A stretch of DNA of 64,000 nucleotides from Azolla caroliniana (Eukaryota; Plantae; Polypodiophyta), in NCBI GenBank assembly GCA_043228905.1, contig JBHGNT010000004.1, positions 21,886,001 through 21,950,000 on the forward strand, read 5' to 3'. The notes under the pieces are model-generated. The model was not told the origin of the DNA. It did no database searches and saw nothing but the letters and a program-made list of their open reading frames with translations. Shown piece after piece: positions 1 to 12,065 of this stretch (its first letter is position 1; each line of letters starts with the position of its first letter). The position numbers were made by a program, and so were the translations under genes.

Positions 1-179
1 AGGCGTCGGAGATGACCACGGCCGGGATGCATCCTAGCTGGAGGTGCATGATTGGTCCGTACCGTGCGGCCAAGCGAGCCAGTGTCCGGTAGGGCGTGGG
101 GCCTCGGAGGTGGAGGAGGTTGCCTAGGATAGGCAACCCAAGTGGCCCAGGAGGCCTGGGTTCAACAACACCTCCTTCC
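1..179 (-). repeat. Putative 3' LTR start and polypurine tract of an LTR retrotransposon running off the left edge
   Basis: On the minus strand GGAAGGAGG (179-171) is directly followed by TGTTGTTGAACC (from 170). Bases 1-170 are GC-rich compared with the AT-rich flank. Confidence 0.35.
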
Positions 180-413
180 ACCTTGGTGGTGCCCTTCACA
201 AACCATAAGATCACTAGTATTAAGGTAGCTAGTATCATGATCATGCTCATATATTGATCCTCCATTGCGACTGTCAATATGTATTGTAAGTGTATTGTAT
301 TGTAATTTGTATTGTATGTCTCTTAGGCCCTTTTGTTCTTGTATAGTGTTTTCCAAAAGCCAAGCATATATAGCTCATAATTTTATAATAAATTCCACCC
401 CCCTCCCCAACAC

Positions 414-414
<1 letters not shown>

Positions 415-447
<33 letters not shown>
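415..447. repeat. (AC)n microsatellite
   Basis: Direct dinucleotide run. Confidence 0.95.
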
Positions 448-448
<1 letters not shown>

Positions 449-3400
449 TCAATGTTGGGTCCCCATCACTTCTTGATTTTGAATCATTGTGACGTTTAAT
501 TGCCTATCATCATCGTATCTTTTGAGAAATAGACAAAACATTGGATGTGCATCATGTATCACAATACGGATGTCCTTACCTTACCAATTTCTAAGGCCAA
601 TAACAATATGGAACTCCTTATCAATTTCTAAGGCCAAGAACGTACCGAAAACAGCTTGGTCATTTAAGTCTTGAGAATTATTTCGCAATCTAAATCTCAT
701 AGTCCTCTTTTTGTGGCTCGTAAAGTACGAAACATTAAAGATAGTGGGTTGTAACCCACATAGCGGTTGGTTGCCTTGAAGAATAGATAGCCTCATTTGG
801 AAAGTGGACATATACATCATATTGACATTTGCAAGGAGGCATCATATGTATTTATGTTCTCAAGCATAACTTCGACAATACAATACAATGTAAAACATAA
901 TGTCGAAGCATTGCACCAATACATCATATAAGATAATTGGATCTAACAAAATTTGTGTATAGCAATTCGTGGAGTTTCCTTGTTAAAATGGTAAAACTTA
1001 AAATACATAACTATGATGTTGTAGTGATAAAGGTTGTCCTCAAGGAATCTACGTTCAAATTCTAAAGTAGGCACGTTAACAATTTTCAACTATACTATGT
1101 GCACTAAGGCAATGTTAACAAAGATATCTACGACTTTACATTCCCAAAAATATTGCTTTATTAACCACTTTCCACAACCTAAGAATTGAAAACGGTATTT
1201 TTGCATTTGAGACAATGATAACGAAAACCATTTCAAGCTAAATATAATGATCCATATTTAGGTATAAAGGCTTTAAAAGTGAAAAAATGGCGAAAATTAT
1301 TGTCCATAAGAATATATTGTCTTTTGAGAGATTAAAATGGTGGAGGCATAGAACATGTATATTGTTGTTTTTCAGTACAAAGATGTAAGTTGAAGGAGAT
1401 GACACAATGCTCAAACCAAGTAATATATTACTATTTTAGAGATATGAAATTTATGAGAATGGAGCTCATGTGACAGGATGTTTAAAATTCCCAATCTAAT
1501 TGAGATTCACATGAACATACAATAGTCTAATGTTTGTAAGAACCAAACAAGAGCTTCCAAATACCAGTCTTGCCATTTTGAGCGTTTATCGTATTCTCCA
1601 TTGTGCAAGTCACCATCTCTCACTCTCCCACTTCTAGCATATACATATATTTCTGCCATGTTCAAATGCCACCAATTTTGCTTTCATTTCATTGTGTTAA
1701 GGACTTTTCTTGTTTAATATTTGAATTGTTTCCTTCTCCGACTTGTTCTACTGCCCATGTTCGAGAAACAAAAAGTGCCCTTCTTCATGACCTAGAGGTT
1801 GCGTTTTAGGTTTGTTGGTTTTAGTTATGCGAAAGGGAGATTATGGGATGAATATCTATAAGCACATGTGAAGTAAATGGGTAAAATAAATTGTTGTATT
1901 GACCAATGACAACTAAGAACATTCTATGTTTTTTGTTTACTGGTTATTTACTTATTGACAACCAAGGAAATTTGATTAGTTTAGTTAATTGGTTATCCTT
2001 ATATCAAACAGAGAAGTCATAAACAAAATGCATGTAAAAAGATTTGTGAAGCTATTAAAAGAAAATTTGGATGATTCAATCAATTAAGAAGAAAGTGTTC
2101 TCCTCCACATTGTTGTTTTAGGTTTTGTTGGTTGTCCTTATATGAAAGGGAGATGTTGGAAAGAAATTACATGTGAAAAGAAACTATAATATGCAAGTGA
2201 CAATTTAAGGTTAAAGATTTATTATGTAGTCGAAAAGGATACAACAAATATTTCCGTCGTTTGCACAAGAGACACCACCTCCTTTCGGCTTCTTTGCCCT
2301 ATTGTACATGACATATTGCTCCAATTGTATTCCATCCTCTAACAAGATATAACCTCCATTATGTTGTTCTTATACAGTGTTTAACCTACATGAATTATAG
2401 CATTCTTTCGGCCCACTGTCCTTATCCTTCTAATATGCTAGATTACAAAGGAATATCAATAATAGTCTCTTGAGAAAAGATATTTCTCGAAGTTGGTGCT
2501 TGTGGGTGGAGGAAATTATTTGACCACGCTTTGTGACAATGAAGGATATTACTCATAAAAAACTAAAATACTATGGTTGTTGTAACCCATATGCATAGTA
2601 ATCTCATGGGGAGCTCATACAAATCTTTATTAATATCTCAACTTTGTGAACTTTTTACGATGAGCTACCAAACGATGCGAGTCATATTCAAGGGATAAAA
2701 AATTTCAAAACTCATAAGAGGTATATACCATCTACCTTTGGATTGTTAAAGGGCCATACACATACGTGTGTTTGTGTGTGTTTGTTAACACAAAACAATA
2801 TTTATTTGTGAAAGTGATGAGATAGTCATTTCCATCTATACTTAATTTCAATGTTAATGCACACCTAAATATTTCCTAAGCCTTCCCACACATACAAATG
2901 TGTGCTTTGTGGTTAAATTTTTATAAAGCTAAAAAGACAATTGGGAAAAACTTAAATTTCAGATATGTTACATTGTCTACGTGTGTAGCCCTTACAGGCC
3001 AAATATAAATTTTTTAATGTACATATAATACCTTGCAAGTGTATGTGTTGTTTTAAGTCAAACTAACTTCTTCTTCAAACCGTAAGGTATGTATTTGCAA
3101 GGTACACGTGTTCATATTAGTGGTGAGGTTCAAAGTAGTTGTAAATTGTGATCTTCACCATCCATAAAGTGGCAAAATAAGTTTTCTAGAAACATCATTG
3201 GACAGAGGATGGATGTGTACTTTCCCTTTTGTATTTCTCTCTTTTTCCTTTCATAAATAGCAATGTATTAATTATGAAAGTTGAATAACAATCAATGTAA
3301 TACAATATCCTATGAACACACCGCAAAATCAATTGGGGCTCCCATTACATCCCTCATCTCTAGTTACATCATTATGAACCTATACAGTCCCATGTGATAA

Positions 3401-3896
3401 AATTCAATGTAAGTGATGGACATATGATGCCTTGCCAACCTATAAATCCCTAATTCCTCCTATGCCAACCTTCTTGAAGTGTCTAATACAAAGACCTATC
3501 ATACCAATATCCCTTTTAAACGAAGAATGTGTCTTTGAGCCCCATATTCAAAAACAAATTTCTTCGTCAAACACTAAGGTTGCATAAGTATGTGCTCTCA
3601 TATTAGTGGTGAGGTGCAAAGTAGTGGTGACCTTCACATCATAAAGTTGTCAAATGGAGGATCTCTCTCTCTCTATCTTTTTGGTAAAAGCACACAATTA
3701 TATTAATTGTATTTATTGTGAAGCATCTCTCCCTCTCTTTCTAAGTTATTCAACTACCAACACAAGGTCTTGGGTTCAAACCCTAAGACTTTACTCATCT
3801 TCATTATGACATATTTTTGTAATTTACTATATGCAACTATGGAATGTAGGGTTTGAATGCATGACCACCTAGTCTCCACTAAACAACCCCAATTGA

Positions 3897-3897
3897 G

Positions 3898-3946
<49 letters not shown>
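3897..3946. repeat. Compound (CT)n(CA)n microsatellite
   Basis: Direct dinucleotide runs. Confidence 0.95.
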
Positions 3947-3948
<2 letters not shown>

Positions 3949-4191
3949 GACACCCACTCGGATAATTTTTGAGTGTTTGTATGAGGTACATACTTTATAG
4001 CCAATGAGATATATTGTAGCTCAACCATTGCTATAGCTCAAAATTTTCGATATTGTGTTCGTCACACTTTTGCAACCAACATTATTGTTCAACTAATTTA
4101 AGGTTGGGAAAAGTGAATCATCCAAACAAACAAACATATATGTTGCTATGATGAGCCATTGGGTACAAATTTCTTTGGGTAAAAGCTAGAG

Positions 4192-4688
4192 TAGCAATCG
4201 AAAACGGTTCAATATGAACCAAACAAAACTGCAATTTTATCGGTTCGGTTTGATTCAAGTTCAAGTATTTATAAAAGGATCGGTTGGGGGGGTCAACGGT
4301 TTGAACCTTTATTGGCTTAATGGTTAATTTATTTTCTTGATAATTTTTTTAACAACCTTTTTTTGAAGCCTAATTATGACATTTTAGGAAAATCTTTAAA
4401 ATTTTGAATTTTGAAAAAACAAATTATGAAAAATTTAAAATTTAAAATTTGATTGTTAAAATTTTGAATTTTGACCAGAACTAGAAAATCGAAAGCGAAG
4501 TGCGAAACCACAAATTTTAACAGTTTAACAATTTGAAAATCTCCAAAACCATTTGGCTTGAGTTTAGTTTTTTTGTAACGGTTCAGTTTGAACAATTTTG
4601 TGGCTTGGTTTGGTTGGTTTAAGTATCAATTTTTTTAAATGTTTGAGTTTGACACTCTCCAACCAAACCGAACCATTGCCAATTGCTA
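4192..4688. mobile_element. hAT-type MITE
   Basis: Perfect 8-bp TSD AGCTAGAG (4184-4191 and 4689-4696). Imperfect TIRs TAGCAAT.../...ATTGCTA, subterminal AACCG/CGGTT repeats and an AT-rich core. Confidence 0.85.
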
Positions 4689-5087
4689 AGCTAGAGTTAT
4701 GTTAATTTCGTGTTCATGTGTCAATGATGTGTTATTGTGAACCCTTCATGATGTTAATGCTTTCTACATTGATAATTAAAACAATGCCAATACCTACAAG
4801 ATTTTGATTAATATAAGTTTTGGTAGTTAGAGTATCTGTTGTGTCGACTACTCTAGGTATTTTTCTATCTGTCGTGTCGTAAGCTCGAATGCAGCCTCTG
4901 CTGCACAGATTATATTATATGTAATAGTCGATGAGGAGTGTATGTTTAATCGTAATAACTAATCTCTCTACACCTATTTTCTAACTATAGAACTAGTGTC
5001 TACCAACTGCTCTCTCCACCACAATCTTCTTGATCGAACGTTCGACCTATTGTGTCTGTCGGCTATCGGCAGGTTAGCAAAATATTT

Positions 5088-5100
5088 TGGCACGCCCGGT
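5088..5100 (+). promoter_or_regulatory. Primer-binding site, tRNA-Arg type
   Basis: TGGCACGCCCGGT just upstream of gag resembles the TGGCACGCCCAGT PBS of Tat-like elements. Confidence 0.6.
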
Positions 5101-5128
5101 TACAACTGCTTCGAGCATAGAACGAGGA

Positions 5129-8100
5129 GAATGGGTGTCGTCTAGTCAACTCAATACAGACCAACTTGCAGAAATCATAAGACCATGCACAAGATCGGAG
5201 AGCCGACATGTAGAAGGTGGTATTTCTAATAGTTTGGAGGTTGCCAAACATGTCTAGCAAGAAGTTGAAGGGGAACCAAGAGCACTTCCCAATTTAACTA
5301 CCGACACAGACTAGGAGCAGTCCGATCAGAGATACTTAGTCAAATTTTGTGAGGAGGATACAATGCTGTATCACCAACATAAGAAGAGTTAAGGTTCCGA
5401 CAAGCAATCCAATGCACCACATGTCTTAATCCGGGGCATTCTACGATTGAATGCACTTTACACACTCATTGTCCAATCTGCCATTCCAAGGCACATACGA
5501 TCGAATAGTGCGAGTATAATATACTCAATAAAATTGCGGCACCAATCAGACAGATACAGCCATAGGACAATGGCCCTGAGGATCAGAATTGGTTGGTACA
5601 CTGGTTTCAAGAAGACAATCGACCAAGGTATGATGATCGCTACTGGTCAGATCGCAAACAACGAGATGATCGATACAACGATTATCGACGGGAAGATGAC
5701 CGACAAGATGAGTACAGGGGGGATAGTCGTAATGGTGATGACTGTGACTATTCACCACGCCAAGATAGAAATGATCACCACCCTTACAAAGGTAATCAAT
5801 ATCATGATGATAGAAGGTCCTATGACCAAAGGAGAAATGAAGACAATTGACCACATAATCGTTAATTCCAAAGGCCAAGATGAGTCAGAACCTCAGGATG
5901 TTCGACAATCGCAGTACGAGAACGACGAACCCAATGGGCCTTCAGTACCAAATTGCTACATTTGTCGGAAAGATGGCGATTATGCAAATCAATGGCTGAC
6001 AAAAGAAAAATGAAAAGCACCGACCATCAATATGGTAACTGCAGAGGTTCAACAAGTCACCACTCGGAGCAAAGGTAAACAATTTGAATGGGATATACAG
6101 GAAGTAGTTCAGAAAGCAACAAAGGAATGGGTCGAGGAAGCTAACAACAACAATGTTGCCAGAATGCTACAGGAGAGTAATATTATTCCCTGAATGACAC
6201 ATCCGACAAGTTGGGCAATTGACAAGAGGAAGTATCGACTGAAATACATGTAGATGATGAAGCATGGAAAGTCTTGGTAGATTGTCAAATATCATTGCCC
6301 TTAACAGGGTTATCGAAATTCGTTCCTCATTTCACAGAAAAGGTGGCGACCATTATGGCAAGAAAAGAGCTGGTAAATTTTACGAACCCAGTGAAGGGAC
6401 CGACAATAATGGACGAACAAAGCCCGACAATTAAGGCCATCATTCATGGTCAAGAAGTTTTGGGTAGCATAGTGGACGAAGGATCAAGAGTGAATGTGAT
6501 CAACAAGACCACCTGTGATCGCCTAGGTATCACTACTTGGGAAGCATGCCCATTCTTGCTACGAATGGCAGATACCAGTATTGTCCGACCAATAGGGCTC
6601 ATCCCACAACTCGATATTGTTGTTGGCGGTCATACTTTTCAGATATCGGTCGTACTTCATTTGGAGGCACAAGGAGCTTACCCTCTACTATTGGGCCGAC
6701 CATGGCTTTGAACTGCCAATATTAAACAAAATTGTCAGAAGAATATTCTGACATTCTAGAAGGGCATTGAAGCAAAAATTCGAGCTTCGACTCTGGAAAA
6801 GGTCACCACAACACGACAATGTGTGCCTTTGTATGCTGAAGCTGTCAATATATGGAGGGATTAAATGATGGGGAAGAAAATCAATATTTTGAGGATAATC
6901 CAAAAGTTATTCCCTTATTTGAAATCGACGTCGTCGAAGTACGCACGCCATATCTTGGTGACGACGGAAAGGAGATTGACAATAGGGTTGATGATAAAAC
7001 TATCATGGAGTTCCGTCATTAGTAGGAAGCAACGGAGAGAGAAATGCAAGTGTCACAGCGCGTACAAGCTTCTACGCTAGATGAATGATATAGAACCGAA
7101 AATAGTGCTACTAGCAAAACAGATGCAGCCGGGCGACAAGACAATGCTCGTTGAATTACTACGGCAATACTGAGATGTGTTTGCGTGGTTGTTCGAAGAT
7201 ATGACGGGAGTAGATCCAGCCTTTTGTCAGCATCAGATTAATTTGCACAAAGATGCGAAGCCGGTGCAACAACAATGGTATCGACTAAATCCCAATTATG
7301 TAGTAAAGGTGAAAGAGGAAATTGACAAATTACCACGGGTTAGCTTCATTTGACCAGTCAAGAAAGCTACTTGGCTAACCCCGATAATCGTGTTGCCCAA
7401 AAAGAATGGCAAGATTATTAGGGTATGTGTTGATTATCGAAAACTCAATGTGGCCACAATGACAGATGCATTTCCGTTACCTTTCATAGATGGAGTCCTC
7501 GATGTAGTGGTTGGTCATGAAATATACAGTTTCCTTGATGGATTCAGTGGATATAATCAGGTTCGGATGCATCTTGACGACCTGGAAAAACCAGCTTTCG
7601 TCACTGAATGGGGTGTATTTGTAGTAGTCGTCATGATGTTTGGTCTCAAAACGGCTCCGACAACATTTCAAAGAGTAATCATGGAAATATTTTCGGAATG
7701 TATACCAGCATTTATGCAGGTATTCTTGGACGACTTTGCAGTATATAGTTGGCGAACCAACCATTTCGAACACCCTCGACTCTGTTTGGAGAGGTGTTGG
7801 CAAGGAAGAATCCAACGAAATGCGTATTTGGGGTAACAAGTGGAACGTTGATGGGGCATATTGTTAGTCGGGACGGAATTTCCATCGATCCTGACAAGGT
7901 AAAAGCAATAATCGAGGTGCTGCCGCTGACAAATGCTAAGACTTTAAGCCGATTCCTGGGCCAAATTCGATGGCATAGTCGAATGATTAGGTTCATAAAA
8001 CACCAGTTCACTAGTTGATAGTCGAACAAGATGGTTACGATTGTCTAAAGAAAATGCCGACTAGAGTACTAGTCATGCAACCACTACATTGGGCAAAAGA

Positions 8101-9825
8101 CTTTCATGTCTTTGTCAATGCCTCGGATGTAGCTATCGGAAGCGTGTTGATGCAGTTATTAGAGCCAAACTGGTACAAACCAGTATATTATGTGAGTCAG
8201 AAGTCGTCGACTATCGAACGAAACTATTCTACAACTGAACGGTAGGCTCTCGACATGATATACAGTGTGAACAAGTTCCGACACTACCTGATGGGTCGGA
8301 AATTTATATTCCATGTTGATCATTCTATCCCAGTGTACTTAGTGTCAAAGCAATCCTTGATTGGCAAGCTTGCAAATGGACACTGCCCTTCCAAGAATTT
8401 GAATTTGACGTTATCCATCATCTAGGAGTCCAACATGAAGTTGCTGACTATTTAAGTTGACTAGAATCCGGAGAATCAGGTAACAGTGTTAGGGATGATT
8501 TTCCGGATGCACAGTTGTTCTGAGTCGAACCTCAGAATTTGATGGAAGTCGATGAGGAAGTAGCTGATTTATGGATCAAAAAGATGACAATATTCCTTAA
8601 TACAGGATTGCCACAGGAAGGCATGTCACCAGATGAGCGCAAACGATTAGCAGTTCGGAGTCAGAACTTATGCCTGCTCAAGGAGACATTGTATCATAAG
8701 GGAGCCGATGGTATATGGAGACAAGCGGTTCAACAATTTGAGAAAGAGGCTGTTCTATGCGAAGCTCATTGCGGTATTGCTAGCGGGCACTATGCAGGTG
8801 ACTCGACCGCTTGGAAAATCTGAAAGAGTGGATTATGGTGTCCGATGACTCTGAAAGATGCAGTAAACTATTGTTGACAATGTGATTTGTGTCAACAAAT
8901 CAGCCAACCCAATGAGAAAGATCAAATGTCACATCAACCGGTATTGCCACTTGAACCCTTTCAGAAATGGGGTCTCGAATTTGTTGAACCATTTAAACTA
9001 GCAGCAACAGGAATAGACAACTGATATGTCATAGTTGCTACAGACTACTGTACGAAATGGATTGAAGCCAAAGCTCTTCGCGATAAGACGACAATTTCAA
9101 CGACCACATTCCTCTACGAATGCATATGGTGTAGAATCGGCAACCCAATCGAATTAGTAAGTGATCAAGGTACTCACCTTGTTAATAAACTTGCCATTCA
9201 TGAATTATCAAACTATTATGCAACAGTGCATAGAAAGAGTACACCGCACTACCCACAAGCTAATAGGTTAGCCAAGTCGACAAACAAGACAATTCAAACA
9301 ATTCTGAAGAAGACCGATAGGGACCAAAAGTTACATAGTGCATTATGGCCATATTGGACAACATACAAGATGATGATTCGATCGACTCCATTCAAGATGG
9401 CATTTGGCCTAGAGGCAATTATGCCGATCGAATTTCAAATCCCGAGTTTGCGAGTACAGGCGACCAAACGACTCGATGAAGAACAGCCTAAACAGATTCA
9501 GAAAGAACAACTTCTTATGCTAGAAGAAAGACGGTTGTAGTCAATGTGGCATCTATAGCAGAAACAGAAAAAAATGAAGGCATTTGTCGATCAACACCGA
9601 CAATGCAAAGAGAAGTTGTTCAACATCGGTAAACCGGTCTTCGTCTTTCAGATGAAGATGGGGTCTATGGCAGGAAAACTGCCCTTTAGATGGACATGTC
9701 CTTATTGGATCGTCAACAACAACAAGGGCACGTATCAGATTGGTACATTAGCCGGCAAAGTCTTACCAAAGTGGGTGCACGGATTACGACTCAAACCTTA
9801 TCGGGGTTGACATTGATTAACCCGT
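5129..9825 (+). pseudogene. Gypsy gag-pol pseudogene (PR-RT-RH-INT); integrase tail resumes at 14919-14962
   Basis: ORF fragments at 5447, 6274, 7390, 7749, 8015, 8539, 9226 and 9574 lie in Gypsy domain order. Removing the insertion restores ...INPFEPATEPTVDQLPQ*. Confidence 0.9.
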
Positions 9826-10591
9826 TGTCATGAAGAATTTCGGCCAGAGGCGGAAACCGGGAAACATTGGCTACATCGACGGGGTGCAGCGTGTGTACGC
9901 ACCCATGTACATTTAGTGTGAATAACGAGGGCGCCTTTATGGCGCCGAAGAGTAGTCAAGTCGGGACAGACGGTCCCATGTAAGTCGGGGTTTATCCCAC
10001 ATTGTAACGCATCCCTGTCCTTGTTCTATAAAAGGAAGGGAACGCCCTTTGTGAAGGGGTTGCCCATTTTGCATTAGAGGGTATACCGTTAGGTTTAGTG
10101 TTAGCTTCTTCTTCTTCTTCTTCCCCTTCGTGTTCGCTTAGGGTTTGCTTCAGCTCATCTCCTGCGCAAGACCCCGCTCGACGCGACGAGCTGAGAGCTC
10201 CCCGACGGCGGCTTGGCAGCTGACGACTACTGTAACCTACCTTGGAACGGCTCGAAGCCGGGAATGTATTCTTTTTTTTATATATATATACCTTTGCGTC
10301 TGTCTGTGTATATTCGCGTCTCTGTTGGTGTCGGGTGCTTCCCCCCTTTTTCTGCGTTTCCTATACATAAGGGCATGAGTCGGGTCGGCATGTGTGCGTG
10401 TGTGCGTGTGTGTGCGTGAATCGGTGTTAAGCGCGCGCTCCCTCTCTTTCTCTCTCTCCCCTCGGTCGCTTCCGGTGTTCTTCTGGGATTCCCCGGAAAC
10501 GGTGAAGCACGACTTCTTACCATCCGTCACTCCCTGGTTCAAGACCCCCGTGGTCCCGCCTTTCTCCACACACGCGCGTAACAACGCGACA
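9826..10591 (+). repeat. 5' LTR of gag-only element
   Basis: TGTCATGAAG...AACGCGACA, with a TATA-like CTATAAAAGG near 10026. Direct repeat of 14174-14914. Confidence 0.92.
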
Positions 10592-10595
10592 TATT

Positions 10596-10613
10596 TGGTG
10601 AACCCGACGTGAA
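10596..10613 (+). promoter_or_regulatory. Primer-binding site complementary to tRNA-Trp
   Basis: TGGTGAACCCGACGTGAA is the reverse complement of the plant tRNA-Trp 3' end (TTCACGTCGGGTTCACCA). Confidence 0.85.
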
Positions 10614-10628
10614 AGGCGGTAGGGGAGG

Positions 10629-12065
10629 ATGGAGTTGGAAGACGATGACCTTGCGGAGATGGTGGCCGAAGTGGTGTTGGAGTCGGCACGAGTGGTGATG
10701 AGGCGAGAAGCGGCGCAACAAGTGGTTGAGTGAGTGGTCGAAAGAGTCATCCGTTTCAACGGGGACAAAGTCCCATCTTACTTGGAAGCCTACAACGCGG
10801 AAATGGAGGAGCGTGGCGTAGACGAGGTGTTGAGGCTAGAGTTCTTCTGTCAGGTTGTGGCTGTCCGGATGCATGCGGAAATAAAGGAGCTCCGTGAGGC
10901 TCATAGTTCGTGGGAGGCCTTCGAAGAGGCGCTCCTGAAGGCATACGGAGGACGGCGGAAGAGCCGGGGACGACACAACTTCGACCAGTGGGTAGCATCG
11001 GCAAAGACCCACCGGGGCGCGACGAAGGCGTTCCGAGAGTTCGAGCGACGGCTTGCTCGGCTCCCGGAGCGGGAACAAGGTTTGGTGGGGGCGGACAAGG
11101 TCCTATTGTTCGTCAGGTCGATCGATCGAGCGGAACGGGAGGCCATTGGGATTGAGCTCGAAGACGATGATGGAGCGAATGGGCTTACGGAGGACTGGTC
11201 GAAGGTCGGAAGGGTGTGCCAATGGCTAGACAACGAGCGAGCCGAGAAGGCTAAGAGGAAGGTACGCGACGGCGTGCCATCACAGCGGGAAAAGGCCGAA
11301 CGGCAAAGAGAGTCGGCAAGGGTCGGCGTTGGGGCTAGGATTGCAGAGGCGTATGCAGCTCTCGAGGCGATGCTCGAGGAAGAGGAAAGACGGAGGCCAC
11401 AAGCTGAGGCTGAGGAAACGGACTTGCCCCACGCGACGGCGAAAGATCGATACGACGGTACCACGGGAGAGGGTGCGGAGCGAGCCACCCTCTCGACATG
11501 CGGAGAAAGATCGGCCAAGGACGAGGCCGAGATACAGATCGCGGAATTGGAACGTTGGGACCAGCGGTTTTGGGCGTGTCAGCCCGAGATCCCGGTCATT
11601 GGAGAAGCAAGCCCAGACGGGGCTTGCACGATCAGTAAGAAGACGACCGCCGACCACGGAGAGTCGGTGGCTACGGACAAGGGCGTAAAACGGACGGGCG
11701 ATTCTTTGTGTCTTCCCACACTTGCTCCCAAGACAATGGCGGTCGGGCCCGAGAGCCCACGTGAGTCCCAAGCGGAGGAAGGCGGCGGAAGGCCAAGAAT
11801 CATCGGCGAGACGATACGGGGAAAGAGCGGACGAAAGCCCACGGACCCGATTCCGGAGAACTCGGAATTCGGGCCCGTATCCCCATGTAAGACCGAGGAG
11901 ATGGATGGCAGTACCGAGGAGTCCTGGCACGATGCCAGGGAAGACGGATGGGAAACGGCCTGTGAGGAGGCCGAGGACGGACGCGACACGAGGAGATCGG
12001 CATTCCGATACGGCTGGAGCGTGATCTGGTTGTTGTTTGTTCGATCGGGGCCGGGTTCGGCATGA
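10629..12065 (+). pseudogene. Gag-like protein with one premature stop (TGA 10731-10733)
   Basis: MELEDDDLAEMVAEVV...E*VVERVIRFNGDKVPSYLEAYNAEM...WEAFEEALL...VLLFVRSID aligns by eye to Gypsy B gag (RFDGRDATKYLASYGAEM...WEEFEGRLL...VLLFVKSVD). Confidence 0.8.

Noticed and set aside
1340-1420. Possible missing 5' exons of VHA-a
   Set aside because: No VHA-a N-terminal motifs are recognisable left of the gap. The 5' exons are presumably in or beyond the gap.
10601-10607. Similarity between the PBS core AACCCGA and the target flank AACCCGT (RNA-guided targeting idea)
   Set aside because: Only 6 bp, with no known mechanism for DDE integrases; treated as coincidence unless genome-wide data extend the match.
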